Source: a virus
Taxonomy: Duplodnaviria > Caudoviricetes
Length of the DNA: 64,000 nucleotides
Virus record (IMG/VR): IMGVR_UViG_3300005573_001331
Span: 7,945-71,944 of that record
Direction: 5' to 3' (one strand)
Below, in pieces: positions 26,487-36,080 of this stretch (positions within the stretch are counted from its first letter, which is position 1; the number at the start of each line of letters is the position of its first letter). Under the pieces are notes generated by a model, which was not told where the DNA came from, did no database searches, and worked only from the letters and a program-made list of their open reading frames with translations. The position numbers and the translations under genes were made by a program.

Positions 26487-26930
26487 ATGGAAGTAGACAA
26501 CAACCGAATCGTTACTGTAAGAGAGACCCGTATCATCACAAGGCACTTTAATGAAAACGGAGAGCTGCACCAAGAAGACGGACCAGCAATTGAGATTATC
26601 CATAATACAGCTGTATGGTATAAAGCGGATAATCTATACGGAATCGATGGACCAGAATATTTTGATGTGCTCGATCGCCGGGAGTGGTGGGTAAACGACA
26701 AAAGGCATCGTCTCAATGGACCAGCCGTTGAATACGCAAACGGCACTAAAGAATGGTGGGTAGAAGGTAAATTGCATAGATTGGACGGCCCCGCAGTTGA
26801 GAGTTGGAATGGTAATCTAGAGTGGTATGTAAGCGGGGAATATGTCGGCCGTAGCGCCGTCGGATTCACAGACGAAAAGTTCGAGCAGTGGAAAAAAGAA
26901 AACTTAACAAAAAAGGAGGTAATAAAATGA
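26487..26930 (+). CDS. LHREDGPA-type beta-repeat protein
   Basis: LHQEDGPA, RHRLNGPA, LHRLDGPA repeats with W-rich spacers. Confidence 0.75.
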   Translation: MEVDNNRIVTVRETRIITRHFNENGELHQEDGPAIEIIHNTAVWYKADNLYGIDGPEYFDVLDRREWWVNDKRHRLNGPAVEYANGTKEWWVEGKLHRLDGPAVESWNGNLEWYVSGEYVGRSAVGFTDEKFEQWKKENLTKKEVIK

Positions 26931-27700
26931 TTAAAATTCATCAAATCACGTCGGATGGTGAGAAAGAAGTCTTTATTCCACCGATCCCTGGATTTTTCAA
27001 GTTGGACAGAGCTAGACTGTTTGGGAGGCTCGAGTCAACAAGAGCCGGCAATAATTATAGCTGGCTCGCCTCGCGGCCTCTTCGAGAGCTGATGAATGCA
27101 GCTCCTTTCCAGCCTTACCTTGACGTCCTCCTAGAGGACGTGGAAATTTATACTCTTGGCTACCACGAAAAGCCGAATCATCCCAACATACGTTTCGTTG
27201 AGGACCCCCAATCGTGGTCGGGTGAGCGATTGGGAGCAGTTAATGAAGACATCCGCCCATATTGGGTGATATGGGGAGGAACACTCGTGGATAGCCCGGC
27301 TTTTGTCATGGCCGCAAGAGCGGAGGACTGTACGTTTCGTGAGGATAGGAGGGTCTTGTTTGACAGTCTTTACATGGAGTCTGATGCCAAACCTCTCTAT
27401 CAGGGTCATTTGGAGGTTAAACATATCTCCAAATTTAAAGAAGAGGAGGACTATTGGAGCTGGAGGCTACCAGAAAAATTTGAACATCTTGTCCGTCGCC
27501 CTAATAGGCCCGTCACTTTGTACAACCACGCAGTCTTTGCGGAGAAGGTAGTCGCGCTTGATAATCAGCGCTTGGTCTATATCAAAGATCCACATTACCA
27601 AGGGCTGATCACAAGTCCTGATCATCCACTCGAGCCGGTGCAGCTCGATGAGGGATGGTGGCTCTTACAGCACCCTGTTCCGGAAGGAGGTGTAGATTAA
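26927..27700 (+). CDS. Hypothetical protein (start MIKIHQ, ATGA overlap)
   Basis: GGAGG RBS; C-terminal ITSPDH...L..G.W...H motif. Confidence 0.65.
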   Translation: MIKIHQITSDGEKEVFIPPIPGFFKLDRARLFGRLESTRAGNNYSWLASRPLRELMNAAPFQPYLDVLLEDVEIYTLGYHEKPNHPNIRFVEDPQSWSGERLGAVNEDIRPYWVIWGGTLVDSPAFVMAARAEDCTFREDRRVLFDSLYMESDAKPLYQGHLEVKHISKFKEEEDYWSWRLPEKFEHLVRRPNRPVTLYNHAVFAEKVVALDNQRLVYIKDPHYQGLITSPDHPLEPVQLDEGWWLLQHPVPEGGVD

Positions 27701-27988
27701 ATGAAATTTACCCATCATTTTGTTATAGACCGAGCAGAGCTAATAAGGCTCTACGAGGACTCGGTAGCAAGTAATGATACTTTATCTTCCGTTCGCAACC
27801 TTGAACGGTACGAAGCTCCCTGGCTCGAAGACTGGTTGGGCGTTGATCGAGTCTCTATAGAAATCAAGAAATACTACATGCTGACTCCGAAAGGAGAAGA
27901 ATATGAGGAAAGAGTATTCCTTGTAGTTGAGGATGATCCTGTCCTGGCCTGGATAACCGAATTTAATCGAGAAAAAGGCAGAGGTTAA
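27701..27988 (+). CDS. Acidic hypothetical protein
   Basis: 95 aa, coupled to its neighbours. Confidence 0.55.
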   Translation: MKFTHHFVIDRAELIRLYEDSVASNDTLSSVRNLERYEAPWLEDWLGVDRVSIEIKKYYMLTPKGEEYEERVFLVVEDDPVLAWITEFNREKGRG

Positions 27989-27989
27989 A

Positions 27990-28358
27990 ATGTCAGAGCA
28001 AGAGATTAAACTAACGCGTAAACAAGCAAAGCGAGTTCTTGAGCTTACATTTCCAGATTACACAGGAAGAAGAATAAGATTGATTGAAACCGATCATGTC
28101 ATTCTTCATAATCTCAACTGGGCGGGAGGTTCGAAGAGTGAGTATGTGGCGGTTAGATGTGACGGAAAAACACAGCCTCTCGTTGTCCCTGCGCCGTGGT
28201 TACATAATTGGGAGTCACAAAGAGTAAATATTCCAATAGACTTCGCTGTTGTAGAACGTAAATTCTACTGCGGGAAAGACATGGGTATTTACATCTACCT
28301 GCGATATAAGGAACAACTACAATTTAACACATGGCATGAAAACCTTCTTCCTCAGTGA
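27990..28358 (+). CDS. Hypothetical protein
   Basis: 122 aa; W.GGS..Y and CGKD.G..IY motifs. Confidence 0.6.
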   Translation: MSEQEIKLTRKQAKRVLELTFPDYTGRRIRLIETDHVILHNLNWAGGSKSEYVAVRCDGKTQPLVVPAPWLHNWESQRVNIPIDFAVVERKFYCGKDMGIYIYLRYKEQLQFNTWHENLLPQ

Positions 28359-28845
28359 TACACACTTTGGACATAAAAATATCATCCGATATGAACACCG
28401 TCCATTTGCCAGTCTTGAGCAAATGGACGAGTATTTAATACAAAGGTGGAATTCGGTCGTCTCATCAGACGATGTAGTAATACACGGAGGAGATTTTGCG
28501 CTTTGCAAAAAGGATATCGCCACTAGCATCTGCCATCGGCTTAACGGATATAAAATTCTTGTTCATGGAAATCATGACAGATCGAAAAAGAGTATGCTGG
28601 AGATTGGCTTCAACGAAGTAGTCGACTACTACTACGACGGAAAAGTGTTGGTATTTCATTACCCTTATATAGAACGAAACGAAACAGTAAAAACCCTCTA
28701 TAGTGAATGTGAAGTTTTTCTGTTTGGTCACGTACATACAAGAGATAGTGAAGTGCTCACTGTGCTGCCAAAAGCTATCAATATCTGTTGTGAAAAACTT
28801 GATTATACGCCAAAAACTCTCGTGCAATTGCTGAAACAAAAATAA
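28336..28845 (+). CDS. Calcineurin-like metallophosphoesterase
   Basis: SDTHFGH, GGDF, GNHD, HYP, GHVH. Confidence 0.9.
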   Translation: MKTFFLSDTHFGHKNIIRYEHRPFASLEQMDEYLIQRWNSVVSSDDVVIHGGDFALCKKDIATSICHRLNGYKILVHGNHDRSKKSMLEIGFNEVVDYYYDGKVLVFHYPYIERNETVKTLYSECEVFLFGHVHTRDSEVLTVLPKAINICCEKLDYTPKTLVQLLKQK

Positions 28846-28847
28846 TA

Positions 28848-28879
28848 CCGTGCAGCGGCCCTTGGCGACTGCTGCACGG
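28848..28879. terminator. Hairpin between convergent operons
   Basis: ccgtgcagc ... gctgcacgg 9-bp GC-rich stem just after the stop at 28845. Confidence 0.65.
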
Positions 28880-28915
28880 CTTGGAGGCGAGCTATGCTAT
28901 GTTAAGCTATTAGGG

Positions 28916-29287
28916 CTAACTTGCTTTTGGTAAATAATTTATGACGGTAGCAAGTAGATTTTTAAACTTATCAGCGCAACTCTCTATAGAAAGTGTTGCT
29001 TGAATAATATAAGGAACGGTATCTGAGTTACTGCTACTCTGAGCTGCAGCCTTTACAGAGATTTTCTTTTTGCTAACAGTGATCTTCACAATCATCAATG
29101 TCACGCTCGGAGCTATATCACAGCGAGGGCCAAGAATGGCCATGAATTGCTGCATGGCTTCAAAAGGCGATACATTTTCGACGCAATCTTCATCAGTAGT
29201 TAGCGATTTCTTTTTTCCCGCATCGTCAACATACCGTATAGAAATTTCATTTGTCTTTACATTATAAGCTATTGCATTTAGTTGCAT
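28916..29287 (-). CDS. Hypothetical protein (likely start MQLNAI)
   Basis: AGGGG RBS before the ATG at 29287. Confidence 0.5.
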   Translation of the reverse strand: MQLNAIAYNVKTNEISIRYVDDAGKKKSLTTDEDCVENVSPFEAMQQFMAILGPRCDIAPSVTLMIVKITVSKKKISVKAAAQSSSNSDTVPYIIQATLSIESCADKFKNLLATVINYLPKAS

Positions 29288-29297
29288 ATCTTCCCCT

Positions 29298-29564
29298 TTA
29301 TTCTTGCTTATTTGGAAATTTATAGTCAGATGTATAACCAACCACTAAAGGTGAACTACTTTCCCAAGTCGTTCCTATAAAAATAGACGACTTAAAGGTA
29401 CCATGGTCAACTTCCATATGGTTTTCTAAGTGTATACCTCTCCATACAGTGTGTTGCCCACCACCAGCTTGTGTAAACGTTTCAGCTTCTTGTGTAATTA
29501 AGCCGAGATAACCATTTTCATCGAAGGCTATCGCTCCTATTCTTGGCTGTCGCTTTCTACTCAT
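29298..29564 (-). CDS. Hypothetical protein
   Basis: 88 aa in-operon ORF. Confidence 0.55.
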   Translation of the reverse strand: MSRKRQPRIGAIAFDENGYLGLITQEAETFTQAGGGQHTVWRGIHLENHMEVDHGTFKSSIFIGTTWESSSPLVVGYTSDYKFPNKQE

Positions 29565-30276
29565 TGTCTATCTCCTGTATTTTTGAAACACCGTCTACTA
29601 ACGAGACGTTATATTGCTTCTCACTCGCGCTTGCAAGTGCAGAAGAGTGTGTTATGATTATATACTGGCGATTAAATCTTTCGCTAAGTGACGAGATCAA
29701 TTTACCGAGCTTACTGTTATACGTTTCATGAACAAACCCTGAAGGCTCATCTAGTACTATTGGTCCCTTTATGTGCAGCAATTCAACAATTACAAGCCGC
29801 AGTATCAAACTCAATACTTGATTAATCGCGCCTCCATAGTTATAGTTTAAATTCTTTGTCGACCTTACAAGATCTTCGAACTGGTCCTTGTAATCGTTCG
29901 GGTGCAGAATAAACTCCTGATACTGTTGCTCTTCTTCATCGTTACGCAACACGAGAAATTCCACTTCTATTTGATTTCGTTTCTCTGCAATCACGAGATG
30001 GAAATAGAGGGGTTGTTCGAAAACGAATTGCAAGGCTTCGGTTACAACTGGTTCGATATAAGAACGTAAACTCGCCTCGTTTCCTCTTATCAACAGCTTC
30101 AGAAGCTCGGAAGTGCGATCGAGCAATTCAATCCTCGCTTGCGCCTCGTTAATGCTGTCCTCCAGTCGTTCTTGGCGCAGCTCGAGAGATTGCTGAATGC
30201 CGCTATGCCGAGCTAACCGAATCGTTAGATCGTCTAGGCGAGCATTTAGGTCAGAAAGCGCTTGCCTGATGTTCAA
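29557..30276 (-). CDS. sbcC: SbcC/Rad50-like ATPase, C-terminal half
   Basis: Coiled coil, signature-like YGGA, Walker B VLDEP, H-loop IITHS. Confidence 0.8.
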   Translation of the reverse strand: MNIRQALSDLNARLDDLTIRLARHSGIQQSLELRQERLEDSINEAQARIELLDRTSELLKLLIRGNEASLRSYIEPVVTEALQFVFEQPLYFHLVIAEKRNQIEVEFLVLRNDEEEQQYQEFILHPNDYKDQFEDLVRSTKNLNYNYGGAINQVLSLILRLVIVELLHIKGPIVLDEPSGFVHETYNSKLGKLISSLSERFNRQYIIITHSSALASASEKQYNVSLVDGVSKIQEIDNE

Positions 30277-30538
30277 GTCTCGTTACCTCTTGTTCCAATT
30301 CTTGCAATTCCTGCTCAATCTGCAGCTCCAGCTGTTGAATCTTCTCCTCTATATTGGTTTCGTCAACTCCGTATTTCTTGATCTCTTCAAGTTCGGCTTG
30401 GTATTGCTGTTTAAGAAGCGCTCTTTCTTTCTGAATACCAATCAGCTTCTCTTTCAGCATATCAACACGTTGGTGCAACGAAGCAAGCCTCGCCGCCTTG
30501 TCTGAATTGACATCTACTGATACCGTCTTCTGTATCAT
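30251..30538 (-). CDS. Pure coiled-coil protein
   Basis: 95 aa heptad-rich E/Q/L sequence. Confidence 0.6.
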   Translation of the reverse strand: MIQKTVSVDVNSDKAARLASLHQRVDMLKEKLIGIQKERALLKQQYQAELEEIKKYGVDETNIEEKIQQLELQIEQELQELEQEVTRLEHQASAF

Positions 30539-31140
30539 TTCTCCTCCTTTTCATTTGTTAAATAATTAAATGGCCGAAGCACTTTTGGGACTGCAATGTA
30601 ATTAGCCTGCGACTTCGCCGTTTCGAACAACTGTACGCCCTGTACTGTTACTCCCAATTTTGACATCTTACTGTCGACAATCTCAAAGAACCATTTGGTT
30701 AAATTCTCGGAGGTTGGACAAAAAGGTAGAACGGCAAAACTATTCAAAACCTCTGCAGCAAAAAGAGAGGGCAATTGTGGAGAAGTATACACAACGGTTC
30801 TTATCGAACTTAGGGGATCAGGCTCACTGAGCTTAATATCGGTTTGCATCCATGATAACAGCAGTGGCAGTGCTGGATCATGTTCATCAATTAAAAATTT
30901 GTGGTCGAGGTTATCATCGAGGAACTTCTTAAACCAGTTCAAATGCTTGAAGTCAGTAACCATGTTATTTTGCAACGTATCAGAGTATAGGCTTACTATA
31001 ACCCGACCGCTGTGCCCATGCAGCCCCCTGCACGTACAGGCGCCGTCACAGCTATACTCTTCATTAAGAGTTTGTGTCCAAACCCTGTGACCGTACTCAA
31101 AATCGAATTGCTTTGATATAATCCACATTGTTAGTGCCAC
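30535..31140 (-). CDS. queD: 6-carboxy-5,6,7,8-tetrahydropterin synthase
   Basis: FEYGHR, CRGLHGHS, DFKHL, LDHKFL, PTSENL, ET. Confidence 0.92.
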   Translation of the reverse strand: MALTMWIISKQFDFEYGHRVWTQTLNEEYSCDGACTCRGLHGHSGRVIVSLYSDTLQNNMVTDFKHLNWFKKFLDDNLDHKFLIDEHDPALPLLLSWMQTDIKLSEPDPLSSIRTVVYTSPQLPSLFAAEVLNSFAVLPFCPTSENLTKWFFEIVDSKMSKLGVTVQGVQLFETAKSQANYIAVPKVLRPFNYLTNEKEEK

Positions 31141-31388
31141 CTTTCTTTACTATGTCTAAAATTCCGCTTATCATGATTGTTGTTTTGCTTCGGGGATTCC
31201 CGTCTCTCAGAAACGACATCGAGTCGTGTGTACTCTCCAGGCGGTATGTAGATAATGTGTGTCGTCTGTGCTTGTTCAACCCAGATTTCCGCTACGCCTG
31301 CATTGAGTGTAAAATAAGTAGCATCGATCTCCTCCGAGAAACTTGGCTGGTTCACGCTGCTCTTGTATGTGACCTTTACCTTTACCAT
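31131..31388 (-). CDS. Hypothetical protein
   Basis: 85 aa in-operon ORF. Confidence 0.5.
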   Translation of the reverse strand: MVKVKVTYKSSVNQPSFSEEIDATYFTLNAGVAEIWVEQAQTTHIIYIPPGEYTRLDVVSERRESPKQNNNHDKRNFRHSKERWH

Positions 31389-31391
31389 CTA

Positions 31392-32366
31392 TTAGCTCCT
31401 TTGTTTTTCTATGTATGAAAAAGCTGTCTCAACAACTTCTCTCGAATACTTAAACTCGTCAGCGAGTCGATTGAGCTGTTCTTTTATATCTACAGCTTTT
31501 ACGTCTGTACTAATGAATAAGTTCATCAACTTCTCCAGATCCTGAACTTGTTCAACTTCCTTCTCTTGTTTCGGTTTAAATGGATGTTTTTCACAATGGG
31601 TTAACTCTACAAATTCCACTTTGCTCACTATTTCTGAACCTGAGTTATCTAATGATATTATACACACACGAGGAATGCGGTATACGCTAGTATTTTCAAC
31701 ACGACCAAGAGATCCAGGATTGATATAAAGTGTATTGAGCTGTTTGATAATATTTTGCCAACCTGGATGATAATGCCCTATTAAAACCAGGTCGCTCGCC
31801 GTGTTAACATCTTCTATTTTCGTAAAAGGGAATGGCATACTCTCAAACGGTAAAAGATTTCCATGCACGAGCTGAATTTGATAACTTATCGAAGAATCTT
31901 TTAATGCGTAATAGTTTGCAGGGGACTTGTCCAGCCAATAAGTATGGTTTGTCCCGACAATTCTTACCTTGCCCAACGAAGACTCCAAATCAACGTAAGG
32001 TGGTAAAATATCTTTGGATCCGCCTGTACCTACTAACTGGACAACATCCGCCTTATACAACACCCCCACCGCAGTTCTTTTTAAGGAGCGTATTTGGTAG
32101 CCGTAGTAATCGTGACTTCCTATAGTACCAATCACAGGTTTATTCCAGCGCTTAAGAATATCAATCACATCACATTTTATGCTGTTGGGGGGATCAGGAG
32201 TATGAAACCAATCGCCACCACATAAAACATAATCAACTGAGTTTCTTTGCCAAATATCAGTACACTCCTCCAACTTCTGGAGAATCGCAACTCGAAAGTC
32301 GTCAGTGCGGCCTTCTGGTGTATCAGCTCTTACGTGTGGGTCTGTAAAAAATCCAAACTTTATCAC
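31392..32366 (-). CDS. sbcD: SbcD/Mre11-like nuclease
   Basis: TDPH, GGDWFH, GSHD, LVHG, GHYH, NPGSLGR. Confidence 0.9.
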   Translation of the reverse strand: MIKFGFFTDPHVRADTPEGRTDDFRVAILQKLEECTDIWQRNSVDYVLCGGDWFHTPDPPNSIKCDVIDILKRWNKPVIGTIGSHDYYGYQIRSLKRTAVGVLYKADVVQLVGTGGSKDILPPYVDLESSLGKVRIVGTNHTYWLDKSPANYYALKDSSISYQIQLVHGNLLPFESMPFPFTKIEDVNTASDLVLIGHYHPGWQNIIKQLNTLYINPGSLGRVENTSVYRIPRVCIISLDNSGSEIVSKVEFVELTHCEKHPFKPKQEKEVEQVQDLEKLMNLFISTDVKAVDIKEQLNRLADEFKYSREVVETAFSYIEKQRS

Positions 32367-32379
32367 TTTAATACCTCAG

Positions 32380-33627
32380 CTAAAATGCCCTTCTGCATAC
32401 AGGACATACACCTAATTGTTTTTCAAACATTTCGAGTTCTTGCTGCGAGCCTGACAATTCCTTTTGTGCAATTTCAATACTCGTTTCCATCATCTGCTGC
32501 TTGTTGCTCAAATCTTTTATTGTTTCAGAAAGATTCTTTAACTGCACGAGGAGGTTAACAGAGTCATCGATTGTAATTACAGGAAGATTGAACTCTGCTT
32601 GCTGTAACTCTTGCAATCTGGCTCGATCTCTTTGATAAATCTCGTTTAACTGCTCGAGCTGGAGCAAAGCATCTACCTCCTTATCGAGATCTTCCAGAGA
32701 AGGCAGCGAGAACTCGACGTTTTCCAACTCTTCAAGCCGCTTCTGCATGCGAAATAGTGGTAATAGGTGTTCCTGCAGCAATTGTACATCACTCTCTACC
32801 TGTTCGATCCTTCTCTCAAGGGGATCGACATCACGGAGTTGCCTATATGCCTCGTTTAATTTTGTTGCCTTTTCAACCAGCGCAGTAATCTTTGGCAAAT
32901 GAGACGAGATCGCCTCGTATAACTCAACCTCGTCCCCTAATTGAGCTACAAAACCTGAAATAACACTGTGAACACGAGTAATCTCGGCGAAGTGCTCGTA
33001 TTTCTTGAGTTCAGGAGCAAGCTCATCCAACTGCTGTTGGTAGCTCTTACAGCTCGAGCTCAGCCTCTTTTGCTCCAACGAAATTTCCTGTATCGCGTTA
33101 TTAACAACATCAATCTCGGTAATCTTGCTTATTACCTTCCCACGAAATGATGGTAAGCCTGTACCTTGAACTAAAAATAGCTCGTCTAGCTGCATCTGTA
33201 TATTGAGATCAATCATTTCCCCAGCAATTTCTACAGGTACATCGAAACCCATCTTACTTATCACCTCTGCGGGAATGCCAGAACGAGAAAATTTGACAAA
33301 TTCTTGAACATCTTGTTGGGGATCGATAATTATATACTTATTTTCTTCTTTACTTGTACTGCTTGGCACCTCTCTTATTATCTCAAATCGTTCAGAGGAT
33401 GCACCATCAACAAAAACAGCGGTTATTCGAGCTAAATCGGCACCATCTCTCACAAAAGTGCTACCATCTGGTGTATCTCTTATAACTTTCTTAAGAGCGC
33501 GCACTACGGCGGATTTCCCATTGTTATTATGTCCAGTTATTGCAGTTACTCTTGGACTGAATTCTATGCGGCTGTTTGAGTGTGACTGGAAATTTTGTAG
33601 GTGAAGACTCGCTAAAATCTGAGCCAT
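32380..33627 (-). CDS. sbcC: SbcC/Rad50-like ATPase, N-terminal half ending at the Zn hook
   Basis: LQNFQSH, Walker A GHNNNGKS, Q-loop IQMQ, coiled coil, terminal CPVC. Confidence 0.85.
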   Translation of the reverse strand: MAQILASLHLQNFQSHSNSRIEFSPRVTAITGHNNNGKSAVVRALKKVIRDTPDGSTFVRDGADLARITAVFVDGASSERFEIIREVPSSTSKEENKYIIIDPQQDVQEFVKFSRSGIPAEVISKMGFDVPVEIAGEMIDLNIQMQLDELFLVQGTGLPSFRGKVISKITEIDVVNNAIQEISLEQKRLSSSCKSYQQQLDELAPELKKYEHFAEITRVHSVISGFVAQLGDEVELYEAISSHLPKITALVEKATKLNEAYRQLRDVDPLERRIEQVESDVQLLQEHLLPLFRMQKRLEELENVEFSLPSLEDLDKEVDALLQLEQLNEIYQRDRARLQELQQAEFNLPVITIDDSVNLLVQLKNLSETIKDLSNKQQMMETSIEIAQKELSGSQQELEMFEKQLGVCPVCRRAF

Positions 33628-33630
33628 GAG

Positions 33631-34152
33631 CTACTCTCCCGAACTCCCAAATCCGTTTGTACCTCTTTGGCTACGACTTAACTTCTTTGTCTCAAATAAA
33701 CTTACGGGAGCAACACGATAAAATTTAATCTGTGCTACTTTCTTTCCTGCAGGAATAGTAATAGCGTGGTCGGTGCGATGATTGTGCATGATTACCGTTA
33801 TTTCTCCTCGATAATCATTATCAATTTCACCGAGATGGGCACGTAAACCCTTTAACGCAAAGCTCGATCGTGTTAAAATCTCCGAAGCGACATTGCCGAA
33901 CGGAGTAAACGTGAGCCCAAAAATATGAATATGTGGCCAAGCTGCATAGGCTACTCCTGTCCTTATCTCTCGCCACTGTCCAGCAGGTATGACGACAGGT
34001 TCGATGCTATAAAAATCATAGCAAGCGGCGCGATGATAAGCTCTTGTCGGTTTTTTCGCTTTCGGTGAAAGAAGCTGAAAAGTGACTATGATGCGCACAT
34101 AACGAAAATACAACCATAGTACTAATAGAAATATTAAAAAATACTTGAGCAT
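33631..34152 (-). CDS. dut: Trimeric dUTPase with N-terminal hydrophobic extension
   Basis: ACYD, RTGVA, RSS, GEIDNDYRGE, AQI, RGTNGFGSSG. Confidence 0.93.
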   Translation of the reverse strand: MLKYFLIFLLVLWLYFRYVRIIVTFQLLSPKAKKPTRAYHRAACYDFYSIEPVVIPAGQWREIRTGVAYAAWPHIHIFGLTFTPFGNVASEILTRSSFALKGLRAHLGEIDNDYRGEITVIMHNHRTDHAITIPAGKKVAQIKFYRVAPVSLFETKKLSRSQRGTNGFGSSGE

Positions 34153-34174
34153 CGATATAAATACTCCTCTGTGA

Positions 34175-34738
34175 TTAATGGTCTTCTTTGAAGACTTCGA
34201 GAATTTTCTCCTTCGGATACCAAAGGAGAAAACTGGAAAGTCGAAAAATAATTACATCAACAGGAAAAATTTCTGACGTGGAGCTCCTCTTTGCAGCTTT
34301 CTTTACAATCGCATTTGAAGATGGAGCATGGACTATGATGCATGATTTACGATTGTCTTCAAGAAGTGACTTGAACTGATCAACATAGGGTAACACTACA
34401 AAATCGCTTTTGTAGTTCAGGCGGAAAAAGAGAATAGGAACCTTCTTTACCTTACTAGCTGCTCGATAGGCTTGTTCCCACCAGCGCATAAACAAGGCCT
34501 GACCTCGTGCATAGAGCAGTTCGAGCAGATCCATATCTTTGTAATGCTTACATTCTGTTACAAATGGAAAATCCTCTGCTCCGGCTTTTCGTGCAGTATT
34601 ATCTCCTGCATCCCAAACACCACCAGAGTTTACACTGCGCCAAAAGGTTTTTGGTTCTACTTCCCACCATGTATCAAGAACGGAGGAAATAAAACGCTCG
34701 TAAGAAGACCCTTTCTCTTTTCCTCTGCCCGCTTTCAT
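34175..34738 (-). CDS. PD-(D/E)xK Holliday-junction resolvase-like nuclease
   Basis: KGSSYER, GD, ECKHY. Confidence 0.75.
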   Translation of the reverse strand: MKAGRGKEKGSSYERFISSVLDTWWEVEPKTFWRSVNSGGVWDAGDNTARKAGAEDFPFVTECKHYKDMDLLELLYARGQALFMRWWEQAYRAASKVKKVPILFFRLNYKSDFVVLPYVDQFKSLLEDNRKSCIIVHAPSSNAIVKKAAKRSSTSEIFPVDVIIFRLSSFLLWYPKEKILEVFKEDH

Positions 34739-34740
34739 TC

Positions 34741-35388
34741 TTACACCAATACTTTTGACATGGTTAAATAGACTGCTTTAATCGTAGCTAACCTCGCAAG
34801 AGCGTACTCTTGCAGCTCCTGGTCTGGTATCTCCCAATACTCTTTATTAATCCAGGGTGTGAGCCGGTTCTGATTAAAGACCGCATCGAGAATCTCCAGC
34901 GAAGGCATGTATCGTCCCCAATCACCGTACATCTGAAATATGTCATAATGAGGTACAGATCTGTAACGAGCAGTGAGAAGGGGAAACGTAGGATTTAAAG
35001 GTCGTATCGAGTGAAGAGCAAGTCGCACCCTTAAAAATGGGATGTCAAAGTTAAACCCGTTAAATGTAACAAATTGTCGCGCACTTTGCGTGAGCTCATT
35101 AAACTGGTTTAAACCTAACGCTTCGTCTTCATCACACGCATCTAAATAGAATGTATCCCCTTCCTGATCGTCAACAAACAAATTAACCGCAATTGCTCGT
35201 ATGCTCGCAAATGAGGGATTGAAAAACGCGGTGTTACGCTCAATGTCAAGAATATTGGCGGCTTTCCCTTCTTCCCGCATCGAAGAAGCGATCTTGTTGT
35301 TCAGTTTGTTAAAAAGAGACTCCAAATTTTGTGGGTAGTTGAAAAGTCGCTTCGGGAGAACGCTAAGTACCGCGGTTAATCGACTCAT
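34741..35388 (-). CDS. Stand-alone DEDD 3'-5' exonuclease (PolB-exo-like)
   Basis: LDIE, TFNGFNFDIPFL, HYDIF, SLE. Confidence 0.75.
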   Translation of the reverse strand: MSRLTAVLSVLPKRLFNYPQNLESLFNKLNNKIASSMREEGKAANILDIERNTAFFNPSFASIRAIAVNLFVDDQEGDTFYLDACDEDEALGLNQFNELTQSARQFVTFNGFNFDIPFLRVRLALHSIRPLNPTFPLLTARYRSVPHYDIFQMYGDWGRYMPSLEILDAVFNQNRLTPWINKEYWEIPDQELQEYALARLATIKAVYLTMSKVLV

Positions 35389-36026
35389 AGCTCTTCATCC
35401 GGAAATAATGTTTGCGCCTGGGGCTGTATCTTTGCAGCTGAGGACTGCGCAGCAGGCTGTGCCTTCGCGGGCGCCTGTGACTGTTGAGACTGCGCTTGTG
35501 ATACAGCAGCCGCTGTCTTCTTTGGTATAGGCGGCGGCACAACTGTAGGCCTTGCTGTCGGCTGATTAACAGGTCGCGACGGTTGAGCAGCTGGCTGAGC
35601 CGTGTTTGTAGCGCGGGGCTTTACTATGCTCTGCGCAAGTTGATGCGCTCGTTCAACTGACATAAATCCTGTCATCTCAGCATCATTGTTTTGTCCACCA
35701 TTTTGATTATCTTTTACAAAAACGGTAACATAAAGCTGAGAACCAATGAAATCATCTGTGTCGATCGAAGTATTGACGGATAAATTAGGAAGTTTACCCG
35801 TCGCGGACAAAAGGGCATAACTCTTACTTTTCGGGGAAAAGACTGTGCTAGTTGGGATTGAAAAATGCTCACCGGCATGCTCACCTTCTAGTACTTCGAA
35901 TTCCCAAGAAAGAAAGATAGTTCCGTCCTTCTTGTTTGCGAGCTCTTTGCAGCCCACTAATTGTACAAAATAAGTACCCGCAGGTATCACTGTATTCTGG
36001 GGTTCTGTGAATGTTACTATAGGCAT
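35385..36026 (-). CDS. Putative single-stranded DNA-binding protein (DUF669-like OB fold) with Q/P/A tail
   Basis: PAGTY, WEFEV, FIG; acidic end LFPDEEL. Confidence 0.7.
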   Translation of the reverse strand: MPIVTFTEPQNTVIPAGTYFVQLVGCKELANKKDGTIFLSWEFEVLEGEHAGEHFSIPTSTVFSPKSKSYALLSATGKLPNLSVNTSIDTDDFIGSQLYVTVFVKDNQNGGQNNDAEMTGFMSVERAHQLAQSIVKPRATNTAQPAAQPSRPVNQPTARPTVVPPPIPKKTAAAVSQAQSQQSQAPAKAQPAAQSSAAKIQPQAQTLFPDEEL

Positions 36027-36080
36027 TGTTTACCTCCTTTATTTTTAGTTTGCATCGCCTTATGTTCTATTATACACTTA

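Noticed and set aside
13270-26930. Diversity-generating retroelement using the DGPA repeat genes as TR/VR
   Set aside because: No reverse transcriptase in the window. The copies differ at all bases rather than only at adenines.
28336-28845. Specific anti-CBASS or RNA-repair assignment for the phosphoesterase
   Set aside because: The motifs define only the calcineurin-like fold. No partner ligase or kinase is adjacent and substrate cannot be read from sequence.
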